Shown here in pieces: positions 7,686 to 8,629 of a DNA stretch of 8,629 nucleotides. Source of the DNA: Candidatus Krumholzibacteriia bacterium (GTDB lineage: Bacteria; Krumholzibacteriota; Krumholzibacteriia; LZORAL124-64-63). The DNA is taken from NCBI GenBank assembly GCA_036351155.1, contig JAZBOO010000017.1, positions 1 to 8,629 of the forward strand, in the 5' to 3' direction. The notes beneath the pieces were generated by a model. It was not told the DNA's origin, did no database searches, and worked only from the letters and a program-made list of their open reading frames with translations. A program made the position numbers and the translations under genes. The number at the start of each line of letters is the position of its first letter. Position 1 is the first letter of the stretch.

Positions 7686-7713
7686 ATGATAACATTTTTT
7701 GTCTTGTTTTGAA
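7686..7713 (-). promoter_or_regulatory. Putative sigma70-type extended -10 promoter of the pentaheme cytochrome
   Basis: Minus strand TTCAAA-N16-TATCAT with TG one base upstream of the -10 (TGtTATCAT), in an AT-rich spacer. Confidence 0.4.
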
Positions 7714-7785
7714 AGCGGGAAATCACCCTGGTGTTCCGTCAACTTGAAAAATCCGGGTTGGAGGGTTCACGAGTGGCCAGATGCT

Positions 7786-7808
7786 AGGCCCCTGCAACAC
7801 AGGGGCCT
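7786..7808 (-). terminator. Hairpin downstream of the diheme reading frame (terminator or RNA stabiliser)
   Basis: Perfect 9-bp stem AGGCCCCTG-caaca-CAGGGGCCT, 14 nt after the TAA at 7823-7825; no clear U tract. Confidence 0.5.
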
Positions 7809-7822
7809 TCAACAATCAGAAT

Positions 7823-8299
7823 TTACCGATACAGGGACCTGATCAGATCCCAGGTCAAAACCGGCGGCTCTTCATCGGGGACATACGAGGCCGCCGACAC
7901 GGTGAAGGTGACCGGCACACTGTTCTCGATGTGGGATCCGCCGCCACTGTCGGGTGCCCCGAACCAGGCCACCGACCAGGTGTATTCCCCCGGCGTGGTG
8001 GGAGCCGTGGCCTGCAGGGCCACGGGGAAGGTCACGGCCGAGCCCGCACCATCGTCGCCGGTTCCCGTAGGGCCGCTTTGCCGACCGACCTCGGTGCCGG
8101 CCTGATCGTAAAGCAGCCCGCGCACCCAGCCGCCACGCGATCCACCGTTCAAGGTCACGTTGATGATGGAGCCGGGATCATAGGTCGGCTGATCCGTGGA
8201 GGCGGACAGGTTGCCCCGATGCTCGTGGCAGCCGTCGCAGCTGGGCGTGTCATCGGTATGGCAGGTGGCACAGCGCGCCGTATACAGGGAAGATAAGCC
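7823..8299 (-). pseudogene. Diheme c-type cytochrome-like protein with beta-sandwich domain and C-terminal TWDLIRSLYR motif; 5' end (start codon and signal peptide) apparently missing
   Basis: About 158 intact codons: LYTARCATCHTDDTPSCDGCHEH, then TDQPTYDPGSIINVTL..GWVRGLLYD..APTTPGEYTWSVAWFG, ending VPDEEPPVLTWDLIRSLYR. No in-frame ATG/GTG/TTG between the heme motifs and the divergent gene at 8354. The coding nature is well supported; pseudogene status is less certain. Confidence 0.65.
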
Positions 8300-8353
8300 T
8301 CGGCCCGCTCCTTTTCCCTGGTTCGGAGCCCCCTGCCGTGTTAAAAACCTCTC

Positions 8354-8629
8354 ATGAAACTCATCACCTACCTGCAGGGGGCAGACCCGCGACCCGGGCT
8401 GGCCCTGAGCGAAACCGTCGGCATCGACCTGCTGGCGGCCAATCCGTCCCTTCCGGCCAACTGGCACGCCCTGTACAGCAACCTGGATCCGGTGCGGGCG
8501 GTGTTCGAGGCCCAGGCCCATCACCTGAGCGCCATGGAAACCCAGCGCCTGGGCGGCGAACCTCTTCCCCTGCCCTTCGTGGATCTGCGTCAGGTGACCC
8601 TGCTGGCGCCGGTGATTCTGCCCTCCAAG
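8354..8629 (+). CDS. Fumarylacetoacetate hydrolase family protein, N-terminal part (runs off the window)
   Basis: Manual translation MKLITYLQGADPRPGLALSETVGIDLLAANPSLP...FVDLRQVTLLAPVILPSK. The MKLxTY..R.G start and LLAPV..PSK are typical of FAH-family N-termini. The catalytic domain is not visible. Confidence 0.8.
   Translation, partial: MKLITYLQGADPRPGLALSETVGIDLLAANPSLPANWHALYSNLDPVRAVFEAQAHHLSAMETQRLGGEPLPLPFVDLRQVTLLAPVILPSK

Noticed and set aside
5206..7747. ORFs 5206-5811, 5289-5753, 5656-5904, 5696-6346, 6461-7747 and others overlapping hsp20 or the cytochrome
   Set aside because: Shadow frames; several run through the terminator and none has recognisable motifs.
8300..8524. Start of the diheme ORF at 8524 (233 aa version)
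   Set aside because: The extension is mostly antisense to the FAH-family gene, is hydrophilic and has no Sec or Tat signal.
1..8629. CRISPR arrays, tRNA/rRNA genes, IS elements or integrases
   Set aside because: No regularly spaced repeats, cloverleaf-like or rRNA-like segments, or transposase/recombinase frames were seen; intergenic gaps are short and explained by promoters and terminators.

Overview
GC-rich bacterial window with seven protein-coding regions. From left to right: (1) a minus-strand methyl-accepting chemotaxis protein that runs off the left edge and is missing from the ORF track, with two nested CZB zinc-binding domains between its two TM helices and a likely sigma28 promoter; (2-3) a minus-strand pair of an Omp85/BamA-TamA-type outer-membrane protein and a Wzx/MOP-type flippase; (4) a divergent Hsp20 gene with a sigma54/IHF-like promoter and a terminator; (5) a secreted pentaheme c-type cytochrome ending in a FlgD-Ig/T9SS-like C-terminal domain; (6) a diheme cytochrome-like reading frame ending in TWDLIRSLYR that lacks a usable start codon and signal peptide; (7) the 5' part of an FAH-family gene. 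The two C-terminal motifs suggest an FCB-group organism such as Krumholzibacteria, Eisenbacteria or Latescibacteria (inference). The best candidates for new biology are the heme-c proteins carrying C-terminal outer-membrane sorting signals and the extracytoplasmic nested double-CZB chemoreceptor. No RNA genes, CRISPR arrays or mobile elements were seen.
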